A stretch of 64,000 nt of DNA from Stappia sp. (GTDB taxonomy: Bacteria; Pseudomonadota; Alphaproteobacteria; Rhizobiales; Stappiaceae): positions 47,288 through 111,287 of the forward strand of contig NZ_JBLWWG010000010.1 of NCBI RefSeq assembly GCF_048268045.1, in the 5' to 3' direction. This document shows positions 9,950 to 20,974 of this stretch, piece after piece. The notes under the pieces are model-generated. The model had not been told where the DNA came from. It saw only the letters and a program-made list of their open reading frames with translations, and did no database searches. How positions within the stretch are numbered: position 1 is the first letter of the stretch; each line of letters starts with the position of its first letter. The position numbers and the translations under genes were made by a program.

Positions 9950-10171
9950 TCCAGGCGCTGCGAGCGTCCGGCTCAAGACTCCCCTGGCGAGGGACACCGC
10001 ACGCACCATGTAAACGCGGAAGCGGATGGCGGCACCCGGCAACGACCGGACAGGCGGACGCGGATATGTCGTGAGCGAGTTCCCGCCAAGGCTTGCATTC
10101 ATTTCCGAGAAAATCCAGAAATTCTGGCAAGATACGATTCGTCGACACGCTTATCGGGTGGGAGAGAGAAG

Positions 10172-10630
10172 ATGGCAGAGCCCCCACAGGGCAGCAACTT
10201 CGGTCCGTTCATTCAGATGGTTCTCGAACGCAACCGCACATCACCCGACGAGCCGCTTCGACCGCCGCTTTCCAAGGAGAATTCCCGCCGCCGATCCGAG
10301 GGCGAAAAGCCTGAACGGCGCAGTGCGCCGCGTGCAAGGGGCGAAGCCGATGTCATGGTCCTGACCATGCGCGGCCCGGTCGCCGGCACGCTTGTCGACC
10401 TGAGCCTGACGGGTTGCAGCATCGAGGCCGACGAGCTTCCGAAACTCGCCATCAACGCCAGGATCGCGATCCTGGCGCACGGGCTCGAGATGCGCGCCGA
10501 GCGGCGCTGGGTGCACGGCGCAAGGTCGGGCTGGCGCTTCGTCTACAGCGAAACGGAACAGACCCGGCTCTCCGCCCTCCTGCCGCGACGCGCCGAGCGC
10601 TTCCCGCACCCCTTCACAACCCGCGCCTGA
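10172..10630 (+). CDS. PilZ-domain protein
   Basis: RRSAPR (RxxxR) followed by DLSLTG (DxSxxG); SD-like GGAGAGAG upstream. Confidence 0.75.
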   Translation: MAEPPQGSNFGPFIQMVLERNRTSPDEPLRPPLSKENSRRRSEGEKPERRSAPRARGEADVMVLTMRGPVAGTLVDLSLTGCSIEADELPKLAINARIAILAHGLEMRAERRWVHGARSGWRFVYSETEQTRLSALLPRRAERFPHPFTTRA

Positions 10631-10667
10631 GCGCGGGCGGCAGGACCAGAGGCGGAAAGGTCGAAAG

Positions 10668-12842
10668 TCAGCCGCGCGCGGATGCCTTCACCTCGAGACG
10701 ACGGGCGTGCAGGATCGGCTCGGTGTAGCCCGACGGCTGGCTCGTGCCTTTGAACACCAGATCGCAGGCCGCCTTGAAGGCAATGGAGGCGTCATAGTCC
10801 TTCGCCATCGGCCGATAGAGCGGGTCTCCGGCGTTCTGGCCGTCGACGACGGCCGCCATGCGCTTCATCGTTTCCATGACCTGCGCCTGAGTGCAAACAC
10901 CGTGACGCAGCCAGTTGGCGATGTGCTGCGAGGAAATGCGCAGCGTCGCCCTGTCCTCCATCAGTCCGATATCGTTGATGTCCGGCACCTTGGAACAGCC
11001 GACGCCCTGGTCGACCCAGCGCACCACGTAGCCGAGGATGCCCTGGGCGTTGTTGTCGAGCTCGGCCTGGATCTCTTCCGCCGTCCAGTTCGGCCGCTCA
11101 GCGACCGGGATCGAGAGAATGTCGTCGAGGCTGGCGCGACCGCGCGTGGCCAGCTCCTTCTGCCGGGCGGCGACATCGACCAGATGATAGTGCAGCGCAT
11201 GAAGGGTCGCGGCGGTCGGCGACGGCACCCAGGCGGTGGTGGCGCCCGCCTTCGGATGGCCGATCTTCTGCTCCAGCATCGCCTGCATCAGATCGGGCAT
11301 GGCCCACATGCCCTTGCCGATCTGGGCGTGCCCCGGCAGGCCGCACTCGAGGCCCACGTCCACATTCGAGTTTTCATAGGCCTGGATCCACGCAGCCGAC
11401 TTCATGTCGCCCTTGCGAATCATCGGGCCAGCTTCCATCGACGTGTGCATCTCGTCGCCGGTGCGGTCGAGGAAGCCGGTGTTGATGAAGCAGACGCGGG
11501 CGGATGCAGCGCGGATGCACTCCTTGAGGTTGACCGTGGTGCGGCGCTCCTCGTCCATGATGCCCATCTTGAGCGTGTTGGCGGCAAGGCCCAGCACCTT
11601 CTCGACGCGGGAGAACAGCGTCTGCGCGAAGGCGACCTCCTCCGGCCCGTGCATCTTCGGCTTGACGATGTAGAGCGAGCCCGCGCGCGAGTTGGCGCGC
11701 AGGCCGCCGCCATTGGCGCCACCGCTGCCGATGTCGTGCTTGGCGATCAGCGCCGTCATCATGGCATCGAGAATGCCCTCTGGGATCTCCCCGCCATCCT
11801 CGTCGAGAACCGCCGGCGTCGTCATCAGGTGACCGACGTTACGCACAAGCATCAGCGAACGGCCGTGGAGGGTGAGCGCGCCGCCTTGCGGGGTGGTGTA
11901 GGTTCGATCCCCCTCCATGCGCCGGGTGACCGTCTTGCCGCCCTTCTCGAAACTGGCGGACAGATCGCCCTTCAGCAGGCCGAGCCAGTTGCGATAGGCG
12001 ACGACCTTGTCCTCGGCATCAACCGCGGCGACGGAATCCTCGCAGTCCATGATGGTGGAGACGGCCGCCTCCAGCACCACGTCGGCGATGCCGGCGGCAT
12101 CCGCCTTGCCGATCGGGCTCGTGCGGTCGACCACGATCTCCAGGTGAAGGCCGTTCTTGGTGAGGAGCACCGCGTCGGGGGCGGCGGCATCGCCGCGATA
12201 GCCGGCGAACTGGCCCGCGTCCTTCAACGTCATCTCGCCGCCAGAGGAAGATGCGACCACAAGAGTGCCGTCACGCACGCAAAGCCCGGCGGCCTCCGCC
12301 CAGGAGCCGGACAGTGGGGCGCGCGCGTCGAGAACCTGGCGCGCATAGGCCACCACCTCTGCGCCGCGCGCGGCGTCATAGCCGCCCGGCTTCGGCAGGC
12401 TGCCCATGGCATCCGTGCCGTAGAGCGCATCATAGAGCGAGCCCCAGCGCGCATTCGCCGCATTGAGCGCGTAGCGGGCGTTGGTGATCGGAACGACGAG
12501 CTGCGGGCCTGCGAGCGTGGAGATTTCCGGGTCGACATCGGCGGTCGTCACGGCGAAGTCGCCGCCCTCTTCCACGAGATAACCAATCTCGCGCAGGAAC
12601 GCGGTGTAGGCCTTTAGGTCGACAGGACCGGGATGCGCACGGTGCCAGTCGTCGATCTTCGCCTGAAGCTCGTCGCGGCGCGCAAGAAGCTCGCGGTTCA
12701 CCGGTGCGAGGTCGCGCAGAATGTCCGCGAACCCGGACCAGAAGTCACCGGCTGCGACGCCGGTTCCCGGCAGTGCCTCCTTCTCGACGAAGTCGCGCAA
12801 TTCGGGGGCAATCTTCAGGCCGGCGATTTCGATGCGATCCAT
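10668..12842 (-). CDS. glcB: Malate synthase G
   Basis: [40 protein letters not shown] and [12 protein letters not shown] motifs; ~724 aa. Confidence 0.97.
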   Translation of the reverse strand: MDRIEIAGLKIAPELRDFVEKEALPGTGVAAGDFWSGFADILRDLAPVNRELLARRDELQAKIDDWHRAHPGPVDLKAYTAFLREIGYLVEEGGDFAVTTADVDPEISTLAGPQLVVPITNARYALNAANARWGSLYDALYGTDAMGSLPKPGGYDAARGAEVVAYARQVLDARAPLSGSWAEAAGLCVRDGTLVVASSSGGEMTLKDAGQFAGYRGDAAAPDAVLLTKNGLHLEIVVDRTSPIGKADAAGIADVVLEAAVSTIMDCEDSVAAVDAEDKVVAYRNWLGLLKGDLSASFEKGGKTVTRRMEGDRTYTTPQGGALTLHGRSLMLVRNVGHLMTTPAVLDEDGGEIPEGILDAMMTALIAKHDIGSGGANGGGLRANSRAGSLYIVKPKMHGPEEVAFAQTLFSRVEKVLGLAANTLKMGIMDEERRTTVNLKECIRAASARVCFINTGFLDRTGDEMHTSMEAGPMIRKGDMKSAAWIQAYENSNVDVGLECGLPGHAQIGKGMWAMPDLMQAMLEQKIGHPKAGATTAWVPSPTAATLHALHYHLVDVAARQKELATRGRASLDDILSIPVAERPNWTAEEIQAELDNNAQGILGYVVRWVDQGVGCSKVPDINDIGLMEDRATLRISSQHIANWLRHGVCTQAQVMETMKRMAAVVDGQNAGDPLYRPMAKDYDASIAFKAACDLVFKGTSQPSGYTEPILHARRLEVKASARG

Positions 12843-13237
12843 GATGCGTCGTGCTCCTGGGACTCTGTCTGCTGAAACCTTGTGAAGGGTACGAGGCGGC
12901 ACGCGGCCGAACGCCGGGCGCTTCGCGGCGGATGCCATTGGTCACGGCATCCGGTTTTGCGCATCATCGAAGAAAGAGCGCCTACCGGTCAATCCGTCAC
13001 AAATCGAAAAGACTTCCTCCACAGGAGAAAAAATCACGCGCGCCAAGACACCGGGCCGACTTGCATCGCCCGTGGCGATTGGTCATACGATATGGCAACC
13101 GGGGACCTGCCGCACGGCCTGCCCCCTCCTCCTCACGTTGCCCGATGCGCGGGCATCCCCCAAGACGAGGGCCTGGAACCGCCGGGGTGCCGGCCGATCC
13201 GCTTGCGCCTCCTCGAGAAACCCGGTCGCAATTCGCC

Positions 13238-14182
13238 ATGTCCCAGTCAGGCACGTCCCTCACCGCCCGCTTCTACGCTCAGCCGCTCGTGCTGCTCTTC
13301 CTCACGACGCTGTTCTGGGGCGGCAACGCGGTCGCGGGACGGCTGGTGATCGGCGAGGTCTCGCCGCTTGCGGTGGTGTTCCTGCGCTGGATAGCGGTAT
13401 CGGGTCTGATGCTCGTTCTCTATGGGCGGCAATTGCGCGCCGAGATGCCCTTGCTGCGGCGTCACCTGCCGATGATCGTGGCGATGGGTGTTTGCGGTTT
13501 CACCGCCTTCAACTCCCTCTTCTATGTCGCCGCCCACAGCACGACCGCGGTCAATCTCGGCATCATCCAGGGCGCGCTGCCGGTCTTCGTCCTGATCGGG
13601 GCCTTCATCATCCTGCGCTCACCCATCGGCGTTCTGCAGATCGTCGGAGCGCTGGTCACGCTTTCCGGCGTCGCCCTGATCGCCAGCCAAGGCAATCTCG
13701 CCCGGCTCGCCGCCCTTCAGATCAACCCGGGCGACGGGCTGATGATCGTCGCCTGCCTGCTCTACGCGCTCTACGCGATCCTGCTGCGCAACCGGCCGGC
13801 GGTGTCCGGGATGGTGTTCTTCGCCGCACTCTCGGTCGTCGCGGCGATCTCGTCGGTTCCGGTCGTCGCTTCGGAGATCATCCAGGGCACGGTGCAATGG
13901 CCGACCGCCAAAGGCTGGCTTATCGTCGCCTATATCGCCATCTTTCCGTCCTTCATCGCGCAGATCTTCTTCATGCGCGGTGTGGAACTGATCGGGCCCG
14001 GACGTGCGGGTGTCTTTATCAACCTCGTTCCGATATTCTCTTCACTGCTCGCGGTGGGGCTTTTGGGCGAGCCATTCCATCTTTATCACGCAGCGGCGCT
14101 CGTCCTTGTTCTGGTCGGCATCGCGCTTTCGGAACGCACCCGCCGAAAGCCCACGACACAAGGCAAAGGGGCCGACGCTTGA
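13238..14182 (+). CDS. DMT/EamA-family transporter
   Basis: LFWGGN..AGR start, ~10 hydrophobic segments, GVFINLVP. Confidence 0.88.
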   Translation: MSQSGTSLTARFYAQPLVLLFLTTLFWGGNAVAGRLVIGEVSPLAVVFLRWIAVSGLMLVLYGRQLRAEMPLLRRHLPMIVAMGVCGFTAFNSLFYVAAHSTTAVNLGIIQGALPVFVLIGAFIILRSPIGVLQIVGALVTLSGVALIASQGNLARLAALQINPGDGLMIVACLLYALYAILLRNRPAVSGMVFFAALSVVAAISSVPVVASEIIQGTVQWPTAKGWLIVAYIAIFPSFIAQIFFMRGVELIGPGRAGVFINLVPIFSSLLAVGLLGEPFHLYHAAALVLVLVGIALSERTRRKPTTQGKGADA

Positions 14183-14227
14183 CCGACGCACCATCGATTT
14201 GCCGCAGAGCGGTCCGATAGGAGGTCC

Positions 14228-16741
14228 ATGCAAGCGCCACTTTTCATCGCCGCCATAGCCGGCCTTCTTGTCGTCATATCGCTGATCGAACCGCTGGCAC
14301 GACGCCTCGGGCTGGCGGCGTCCGTGCTTCTCGCCGTGGTCGGCGTTGGCATCGGAGCTGCTTCGGCCTGGCTCTACCACACGCCGCGCACAGACGTTTT
14401 CAACGAGATCGCGAGCGTTTTCGTCAATCTGCCGCTTAACTCGAGCGGCATTTTGAACCTGTTCCTGCCGGTGCTGCTGTTCCAGACCACGCTGACGCTC
14501 GACGTGCGGCGCATGGCGGAGGATGCAGGCGTCATCTTCGCCATGGCGGTGGTGGCGGTGCTGGTGGCGACAGTCTTCATCGGCGCGGCCCTTGCCCCGT
14601 TCGCCGGTCTCTCCCTGGTTGCCTGCTTGCTGCTTGGCTCCATCGTCGCCACGACCGATCCCGTCGCCGTCGTGGCCATCTTCCGAGACATCGGCGCGCC
14701 GGCCCGCCTCGGGCGGTTGGTCGAGGGTGAGAGCCTTCTCAACGACGCGGCGGCGATCGCGCTCTTCGTCATCCTGCTCGGCGTTCTCACTGGCGGCCAG
14801 ACGCCGAGTGTGCTCGACGGATTGTCAATCTTCGGCTGGAGCCTGCTCGGAGGCCTGACACTCGGCTATCTGGGTGCCCAGACGCTCGTCCGCCTGCTGC
14901 CTGTCGTGCGCGAGTTCCGCCTGGCGCAGGTCACGTTGAGCGTGGCGCTGCCCTACCTCGTCTATGTGCTTGCCGAGCATGTGGCAGGCGTTTCCGGTGT
15001 CGTCGCGGTCGTGGCTGCGGGCATCGTCATCAATCTGGTCGGACCGACGCGTGTGAGCCCCGACGGCTGGACTTACCTCAACGACGTCTGGAACCAGATC
15101 GCCTTCTGGGCCTCGTCGCTGATCTTCATGCTCGCCTCGATCCTGATCCCCAAACTGCTGGTCGATGTCGGCTGGTCGGACCTCGGTCTGCTTGTCATCG
15201 TCATCGTCTCCGCGCTGGTCGCACGCGGCGTCGTGCTCTTCGGACTGTTGCCATTGATGTCCGCGCTGAAGCTGTCGCAACCGGTGAGCACACCGTTCAA
15301 GACCGTCATGCTGTGGGGCGGCATGCGCGGCGCGATCACCCTGACGCTGGCGCTCGGCGTCACCGAGAACGCGGCGATTGATCCGCAGGTTCAGCGCTTC
15401 GTCGCCGTTCTTGCCACCGGTTTCGTGTTGTTCACGCTGCTCGTCTACGGCACGACACTGAAACCCCTCATCCGCATCTTCGGCCTCGACAAGCTCGCCC
15501 CCATCGACGTGGCGCTGCGCTCTCAGGTGCTCGCCCTCGCCCTGGCGGAGGTGCGAGAGGGCATCTCTCGTGCCGCCAAGAGCTATGGCATGGCGCCCGA
15601 GATCGCCGAAAACGTCGATCGTCCCTACCGCCAGCGCCTGTCGAACGAAGCGGAAGGGGCCAGTGGCGCGGCCGAGATCCTCGACAGAGACCGGGTCACG
15701 CTCGGACTGGTCGCGCTGTCGAACCGGGAACGTGAGATCGTCCTGCGCCACTTGCTCCAGCGTACCGCCTCAAGCCACACGGCGGAGGTCATGCTCGCGA
15801 AGATCGGACGGATCGGCGATGCCGCGCGCTCCGGCGGACGCATCGAGTACAACCGCGCCGCGCGTGACGCGCTCGCCTTCCCCGCGACAATGCGGATGGC
15901 GCAATGGTGCCAGCGGCGTCTGATGTACGACCGCTGGCTCGCCCGCCTGCTCGCCGACCGCTACGAGATGCTGCTGCTGAAACGCATCGTACTCGACGAG
16001 TTGCTGGCCTTCACCGGCGAGAAGATCGAGCCGCTGCTCGGTCACCGTGTGACGGAGATCCTCACGGAGATCCTGCTGCATCGGCGCGAAGCGACCGTGA
16101 CCGCGCTCGAGGCGCTCAGGCTCCAGTATCCCGACTACGCCGACAGTCTCGACCAGCGTTTCCTGCAAAAGGCGGCCCTGCGCATCGAGGAGGACGGATA
16201 CCGCACGCTGTTCTCGCAGAACCTGATCGGCGCGGAGCTGTTCTCCAATCTTGCACAGACCGCGCACCATCAGCGCGCCCATGCCGACCGCCGTCCGAAG
16301 CTGGACCTCGGCATGCATACCGAGGAGCTTGCCGGCCAGCTCCCCCTCTTCCACGATCTCTCGCCGGAGCGCGTCCACGCGATCTCGAAACTGATGCAGC
16401 CGCGCTTTGCCGTTCCCGGAGAGACCATCATACGCAAGGGGGAGCACGGCGACACGGCCTATTTCATCTCCTCCGGCGCGGTAGAGGTGGTCACCGGACA
16501 ACAACGCATCCGCCTCGGCCGCGGCGACGTCTTCGGCGAGATCGCGCTCCTGACTGGCGGGCTGCGGACTGCGGACGTTCACGCCCTCGGATATTGTCAT
16601 CTGCTGGTGCTGACGCGCTCCGACTTCCGCGAACTGTTGCGCCGGGATCCAGATCTGCAGACGCAGATGAGCGTGATGGTCCGCGAGCGCCAGGCGATGA
16701 ACGCGCAGGCAGTGGAAGACGCGGCAGCCGAGGACACATGA
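14228..16741 (+). CDS. CPA1 (NhaP-type) Na+/H+ antiporter with C-terminal cyclic-nucleotide-binding domain
   Basis: ATTDPVAV, GESLLNDA and WGGMRGAI motifs; C-terminal GDVFGEIALLTGGLRTADV cassette. Confidence 0.9.
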   Translation: MQAPLFIAAIAGLLVVISLIEPLARRLGLAASVLLAVVGVGIGAASAWLYHTPRTDVFNEIASVFVNLPLNSSGILNLFLPVLLFQTTLTLDVRRMAEDAGVIFAMAVVAVLVATVFIGAALAPFAGLSLVACLLLGSIVATTDPVAVVAIFRDIGAPARLGRLVEGESLLNDAAAIALFVILLGVLTGGQTPSVLDGLSIFGWSLLGGLTLGYLGAQTLVRLLPVVREFRLAQVTLSVALPYLVYVLAEHVAGVSGVVAVVAAGIVINLVGPTRVSPDGWTYLNDVWNQIAFWASSLIFMLASILIPKLLVDVGWSDLGLLVIVIVSALVARGVVLFGLLPLMSALKLSQPVSTPFKTVMLWGGMRGAITLTLALGVTENAAIDPQVQRFVAVLATGFVLFTLLVYGTTLKPLIRIFGLDKLAPIDVALRSQVLALALAEVREGISRAAKSYGMAPEIAENVDRPYRQRLSNEAEGASGAAEILDRDRVTLGLVALSNREREIVLRHLLQRTASSHTAEVMLAKIGRIGDAARSGGRIEYNRAARDALAFPATMRMAQWCQRRLMYDRWLARLLADRYEMLLLKRIVLDELLAFTGEKIEPLLGHRVTEILTEILLHRREATVTALEALRLQYPDYADSLDQRFLQKAALRIEEDGYRTLFSQNLIGAELFSNLAQTAHHQRAHADRRPKLDLGMHTEELAGQLPLFHDLSPERVHAISKLMQPRFAVPGETIIRKGEHGDTAYFISSGAVEVVTGQQRIRLGRGDVFGEIALLTGGLRTADVHALGYCHLLVLTRSDFRELLRRDPDLQTQMSVMVRERQAMNAQAVEDAAAEDT

Positions 16742-16808
16742 GGGACCGCGCGAGTCGAGTCCATGCGGTCGCTCGTCGTAATCACCATGCCGCGCGCCGG
16801 CAGTCGGC

Positions 16809-18263
16809 TCAGGACGACGGCGCGTCGCCGGTCTCCCGCTCGCTCCACATCTGGATACGCCGATAGATCGTCGAGGGACTGACCCGAAGCGCCTGGGCGG
16901 CGCGTGGGATGTTGCCACCGCATTGCTCGATGGCGCGTTCGATGGTGCGGCGAATGACCGTTTCCAGCGGTTCGATGGCATGCCGGGCGGACAGGCCTGA
17001 CGGCTCCGCATCGACGATGGGCGGCGCGCCGGCCGACTGCAGGGTGGCCAGCGGAGCGACGACGGCCCTCGCCGCCTCTCTGACCAGGGCGGGCAGCATG
17101 GTTTCATCCATGACCTCGCCATCGTTGAGGACGACGGCCCGGCGGATGGCGTTTTGCAGCTGTCGGATGTTGCCTGGCCAGTCGCAGGCAAGCAGGGCCT
17201 GCTCGCAGCTTTCGCTGAAGCTGCGAAACCGCTTGTCATCCTCCGCCGAAAAGGCGGCCAGAAACTCCCGCGCGATCAGCAGTACGTCGTCCTCACGTTC
17301 GCGCAAGGGAGGCAGCTCCACCGGAACCACATGCAGGCGGTAGAAAAGGTCCTCGCGAAAACGCCCTTCCTCGACCTCGACCTGGGGATTGCGGTTGGTG
17401 GCGCAGACGATGCGCACATCGACCGGCCGCACGGCATCCTCGCCCACCCGCTGCACCGAGCGCTCCTGGAGCACGCGCAGCATCTTCGACTGCAGCTCGA
17501 GGTCCATCTCGCAAATCTCGTCAAGAAACAGCGTCCCCCCGTCGGCGGACAACATCGCTCCCAGCCTGTCCGACACAGCACCGGTGAAAGCGCCGCGGCC
17601 ATGGCCGAAGATCTCGCTTTCGAGCATTCCCTTCGGAATGGCCGCGCAATTGATCGTGATCATCGGCCCCTTGGCCCTGCGGCTCATGCCATGGATCGCG
17701 GCGGCACACAGCTCCTTCCCCGTTCCGCTCTCTCCGGTGATGAAGATCGTGGCGTTGGTGGGGGCGGCATTGTGCAGGATGCGATAGACGGTGCGCATGG
17801 CGCGCGAACGGCCGATCATGCCGGCCAGACGGTCCGGCTCCTCGCTTTCGTCGGCCTCCGCAGCCAGTTCCTCGATGCGGTGAGCCATGCACACCCGGTC
17901 GAGAGCATTGCGCAAGGTGACCCTCAGCCGCTCGGCGGAAAACGGCTTCATGATAAAATCGTAGGCCCCCTCGCGCATGGCCTCCACGGCCATTTTGACA
18001 GACGCCTGACCGGTGACGAGCACAACTTCACAAGCCGCCCGGCGGCGCTTGATGTCACGCATCAGGTCGAGGCCGTTCCCATCGGGAAGGTTGACATCGA
18101 TGACGATGACCGAAGGACAGGCCTCCTCGACCGCCTCCAGGGCGCTGGCGCAGTCAGGCGCGATCAGGACCTCGACGTCCTGCGGCTCGAGATAGGCGCG
18201 ATAGGTCTCGGCGAGGGCACGTGTGTCCTCGACCAGCAAGACCTTGGGCCGGTTCGCTGTCAT
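16809..18263 (-). CDS. Sigma54-dependent response regulator, LuxO-like (REC-AAA+-HTH)
   Basis: LLVEDT and VIDVNLPD REC motifs; ITGESGTGKELC, GAFTGA, LDEICEMDLELQ, RFREDLFYRL, WPGNIRQL; Fis-type HTH at the C-terminus. Confidence 0.9.
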   Translation of the reverse strand: MTANRPKVLLVEDTRALAETYRAYLEPQDVEVLIAPDCASALEAVEEACPSVIVIDVNLPDGNGLDLMRDIKRRRAACEVVLVTGQASVKMAVEAMREGAYDFIMKPFSAERLRVTLRNALDRVCMAHRIEELAAEADESEEPDRLAGMIGRSRAMRTVYRILHNAAPTNATIFITGESGTGKELCAAAIHGMSRRAKGPMITINCAAIPKGMLESEIFGHGRGAFTGAVSDRLGAMLSADGGTLFLDEICEMDLELQSKMLRVLQERSVQRVGEDAVRPVDVRIVCATNRNPQVEVEEGRFREDLFYRLHVVPVELPPLREREDDVLLIAREFLAAFSAEDDKRFRSFSESCEQALLACDWPGNIRQLQNAIRRAVVLNDGEVMDETMLPALVREAARAVVAPLATLQSAGAPPIVDAEPSGLSARHAIEPLETVIRRTIERAIEQCGGNIPRAAQALRVSPSTIYRRIQMWSERETGDAPSS

Positions 18264-18539
18264 CCCCTTCAAAAACCACCCCTGTCGGCGGACGCCCGCT
18301 TTCTCGTGCGGTCAGCAAGGACCAGCGCCTGGCGCGGGTCTCGAGACGAGCCATCCATGTTTCTACCGGATTACCCAGGAAGCCGAAATTCCCAGTTTGA
18401 CTATATAGCCATGCGTTTCCTCCGCGCGCCGATGCCCTGATCGCAAGCCAACTCCCGAAATCGTGCCCGAGAAGGCATGCCACCCGGCAAGGCCAACAGC
18501 TTGCGCTAAGGCAAGTATACGCCAGAAGAGCCCGAATAA

Positions 18540-18561
18540 AATTGACATGCCAACGTCAATT
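18540..18561. promoter_or_regulatory. Inverted repeat AATTGAC-N8-GTCAATT upstream of the LuxO-like gene
   Basis: Perfect 7-bp arms in an AT-rich intergenic patch. Confidence 0.4.
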
Positions 18562-18643
18562 CGCCGCCCTGAGAGCGTTCAGGCAATGGTAGTTCTCACC
18601 ATACGCACCGCCCCGGTGCGGCGCGCCGGCGCCAAGCGGCGCC

Positions 18644-20770
18644 TCACGGCTGCTGCCGCGGATCCGTTGGGGCGAGATCATCGGGAAGAACGATACCTGC
18701 CCGGGCGAGATTGTCGCGCAGGGACGCCCAGACCTCGGGCGAACCGATGGGAAGACAGTTTCCGATCCAACGAAAGATATCCGCGTTCTCCGGCCGGCTC
18801 GGCAGCACCCATCGATCGCGGATACGCTTGCACAGGCGCTCCCCCTGCTGCCGCGCGCCCTCGACGCCGCCCGTCATGACCAGCGCGGCCAGATGCCAGG
18901 CATCGCCGATGAGACAGGCGCCATGCGCCTTTTCCTGGGCCCGCACAGCCGCAGCCCCCTCCCCGCACAAGACCATCGTTCCCGCGAAGAGGTTCCACTG
19001 CAGCGGAGAAAAGGGAAGCCCGCGGTCGCGCACCCGAAGCGCGGTGCTGAGCGCCTCCGCCGAATGCCCGTTGCAGGCCAGGCCATAGGCAGCGGACAAT
19101 GCGACCCAGGGGTCGCTGTCGTTCAGATCGAGCGCCTTTCGGTGATGGCGTTCGGCAATGCCGAACCGGCGTTGCAAGGCGGCGCTCCAGGAAAAACAGG
19201 AATGGGCGCGGCAATCGAACGGATCGAGGCCGAGCGCGGTTCCCGCAAGTGCGCTCGCGCGCTCCAACGAGCGATGGGAGTAGCTCGTGCCCGGAAACAC
19301 CAGGTGACGTGCATTGATAACCTGGGCGAGGCCCGAGTAAGCCGGAGCGTAGCGCGGATGTTCCTCGATCAACGCGCTGAAGACCGCCTCGGCACGCAGC
19401 GAATCCTCGATACGCATGGAATTCAGCAGTCCGCGCCCGCGAAGCAGCCGGTCGTAAACATCGAGTTCCGCGTCCGGCAGGTTTGCCAGTTCCTGAAGCC
19501 GCTCGGCCGAGATATGGGCATTGGTGGCCATGGCGATCTCGCCGAGCAGCGAAAGCTGGCGCGACATCAGGACATCAAGAGGCACTTCCGAAGTCCGCCC
19601 CCAGACATAGTGCCCCGTCCTGTGGTTCTTCACGGTCACCGTATAGGCAGCCCGGTCCTCGGCGCGCATGGCGGCGACGCCGATGCGGTAGACAGGGATG
19701 CTCGAGCGTTCCAACTCGTCATCCACCGTGTCGATCACCGTCCACTCGCGAAAGCGAAGGAGGCGGGCAACGAGGTCGTAGCGGAAAACCTCCGCGAGCG
19801 GTCCGTCGCCGCCGGCGCGCATCACCGCGCTCACCGGATCGACCACCACGACAAGATGCCCGTCAGCGCTACGGCCGGCGGAAGACCGGCCAGCCGGCCG
19901 CGCAGGAGGAAGAGGCGCGGCGGCGGGAGCCTCCGCGAACCCCGGCTGCCCGGAGGCGGTCGCCTCCGACGCAAGATCGAAGTGTTCGGGGAAGCGCCCG
20001 AGCTTAATCTCGACGATCAGTGCCTGGGTCTCGCTGGAGGGTTGGGTGTCGAATTCCTCCTCCAGGACATTCCAGAGGTCTTCGTAGGCGCGAAGCGCCG
20101 TCGCATAGTCCCCGTTCGCGGCACGCGCCCTGATGAAGGCACGGCAGGCCGGTTCGTGAGTCGGATCCAGATTGAGAAGCGCGAGGGCCGCATCCTCGAC
20201 CCGACTCAAGTCGCCGTCGACCGCCGCGATGCGAGGTTCCAGCAGGCCGCGCAACTCGTCGTGCAACTGTTGTCGCCGCACCCGCAGCCATGCGGTGAAC
20301 GGTTCCGCCAGCACCTCCCCTCCCTCGAACAACCGCTCGGACAGCCGCCGCTCGTGCAGCAGGCGCGGAGGCAACCTGTCTCCCGGCTTGAGCAGGACAT
20401 CGACGTCCGTTCTGACCCGCGCCAGGTCGACGGCGATCGCCTGCTTGTCACTCGACAGTCCGTCGAAACCAAGGGTTTCGAGATTGCGCCGGAGGATCAG
20501 CAGCGTCTGACGCAGCGAGGACCGCGCGTGGTGCTCCGAACTGTCTTCCCAGAACAGATTGGCTGCGGCTTCTCGCGGCAAGTGGCCGTCCGGCGACAGG
20601 CACAGGCGCGCCAGCAGCCCCTCGGCCTTGCGCGAGCGGAAGGTGACCGGAATTCCGTCAACGGCAAACCGGGGAGCGCCAAGCACGACGACATCGAGCA
20701 CCGGCCCACTGCGAGCGGTTTCAGAGCGCGACGGCGCGCCCTGCGCGCGTCTGGTTCGCCGGTCTTCCAA
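18644..20770 (-). CDS. SARP/BTAD-domain transcriptional regulator with C-terminal TPR region
   Basis: FRSRKAEGLLARL, LFWEDS.EHHARSSLRQTL and LLNLDPTHEPACR..YATALRAYE motifs; TPR-like helices. Probable TTG start at 20770 behind a GGGGG SD. Confidence 0.82.
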   Translation of the reverse strand: MEDRRTRRAQGAPSRSETARSGPVLDVVVLGAPRFAVDGIPVTFRSRKAEGLLARLCLSPDGHLPREAAANLFWEDSSEHHARSSLRQTLLILRRNLETLGFDGLSSDKQAIAVDLARVRTDVDVLLKPGDRLPPRLLHERRLSERLFEGGEVLAEPFTAWLRVRRQQLHDELRGLLEPRIAAVDGDLSRVEDAALALLNLDPTHEPACRAFIRARAANGDYATALRAYEDLWNVLEEEFDTQPSSETQALIVEIKLGRFPEHFDLASEATASGQPGFAEAPAAAPLPPARPAGRSSAGRSADGHLVVVVDPVSAVMRAGGDGPLAEVFRYDLVARLLRFREWTVIDTVDDELERSSIPVYRIGVAAMRAEDRAAYTVTVKNHRTGHYVWGRTSEVPLDVLMSRQLSLLGEIAMATNAHISAERLQELANLPDAELDVYDRLLRGRGLLNSMRIEDSLRAEAVFSALIEEHPRYAPAYSGLAQVINARHLVFPGTSYSHRSLERASALAGTALGLDPFDCRAHSCFSWSAALQRRFGIAERHHRKALDLNDSDPWVALSAAYGLACNGHSAEALSTALRVRDRGLPFSPLQWNLFAGTMVLCGEGAAAVRAQEKAHGACLIGDAWHLAALVMTGGVEGARQQGERLCKRIRDRWVLPSRPENADIFRWIGNCLPIGSPEVWASLRDNLARAGIVLPDDLAPTDPRQQP

Positions 20771-20974
20771 GCTATTTCCCCCCGCCGCCCGTAATTCGCC
20801 GCGAGCCTGGAACACCCGGTCGACGTTGCCTCATCCCGGTCCGGCGGCGCACCTGCCAAATGCGACCTTCCACCCAAGGCTGAGAAAATCACGGACAGAT
20901 AACGCTAATTGGTGTTGCATCCGAATAACAAGCAATTGTTGCAATCGGTATCGACTACAAGCGCCTATGCGACC

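Noticed and set aside
10707-12617. Long antisense or alternative-frame ORFs (e.g. 10707-12617+, 29822-31036+, 37614-38996+, 39232-41769-, 41854-43527+, 56738-58120+)
   Set aside because: They shadow well-supported genes on the other strand or frame and carry no recognisable motifs, as expected in high-GC DNA.
18548-18561. Minus-strand AATTGACGTTGGCA resembles part of the Vibrio Qrr core as I recall it (AACTGACGTTG)
   Set aside because: The match is only ~10 nt, on the strand facing the activator gene, and is explained by the local palindrome; treated as coincidence.
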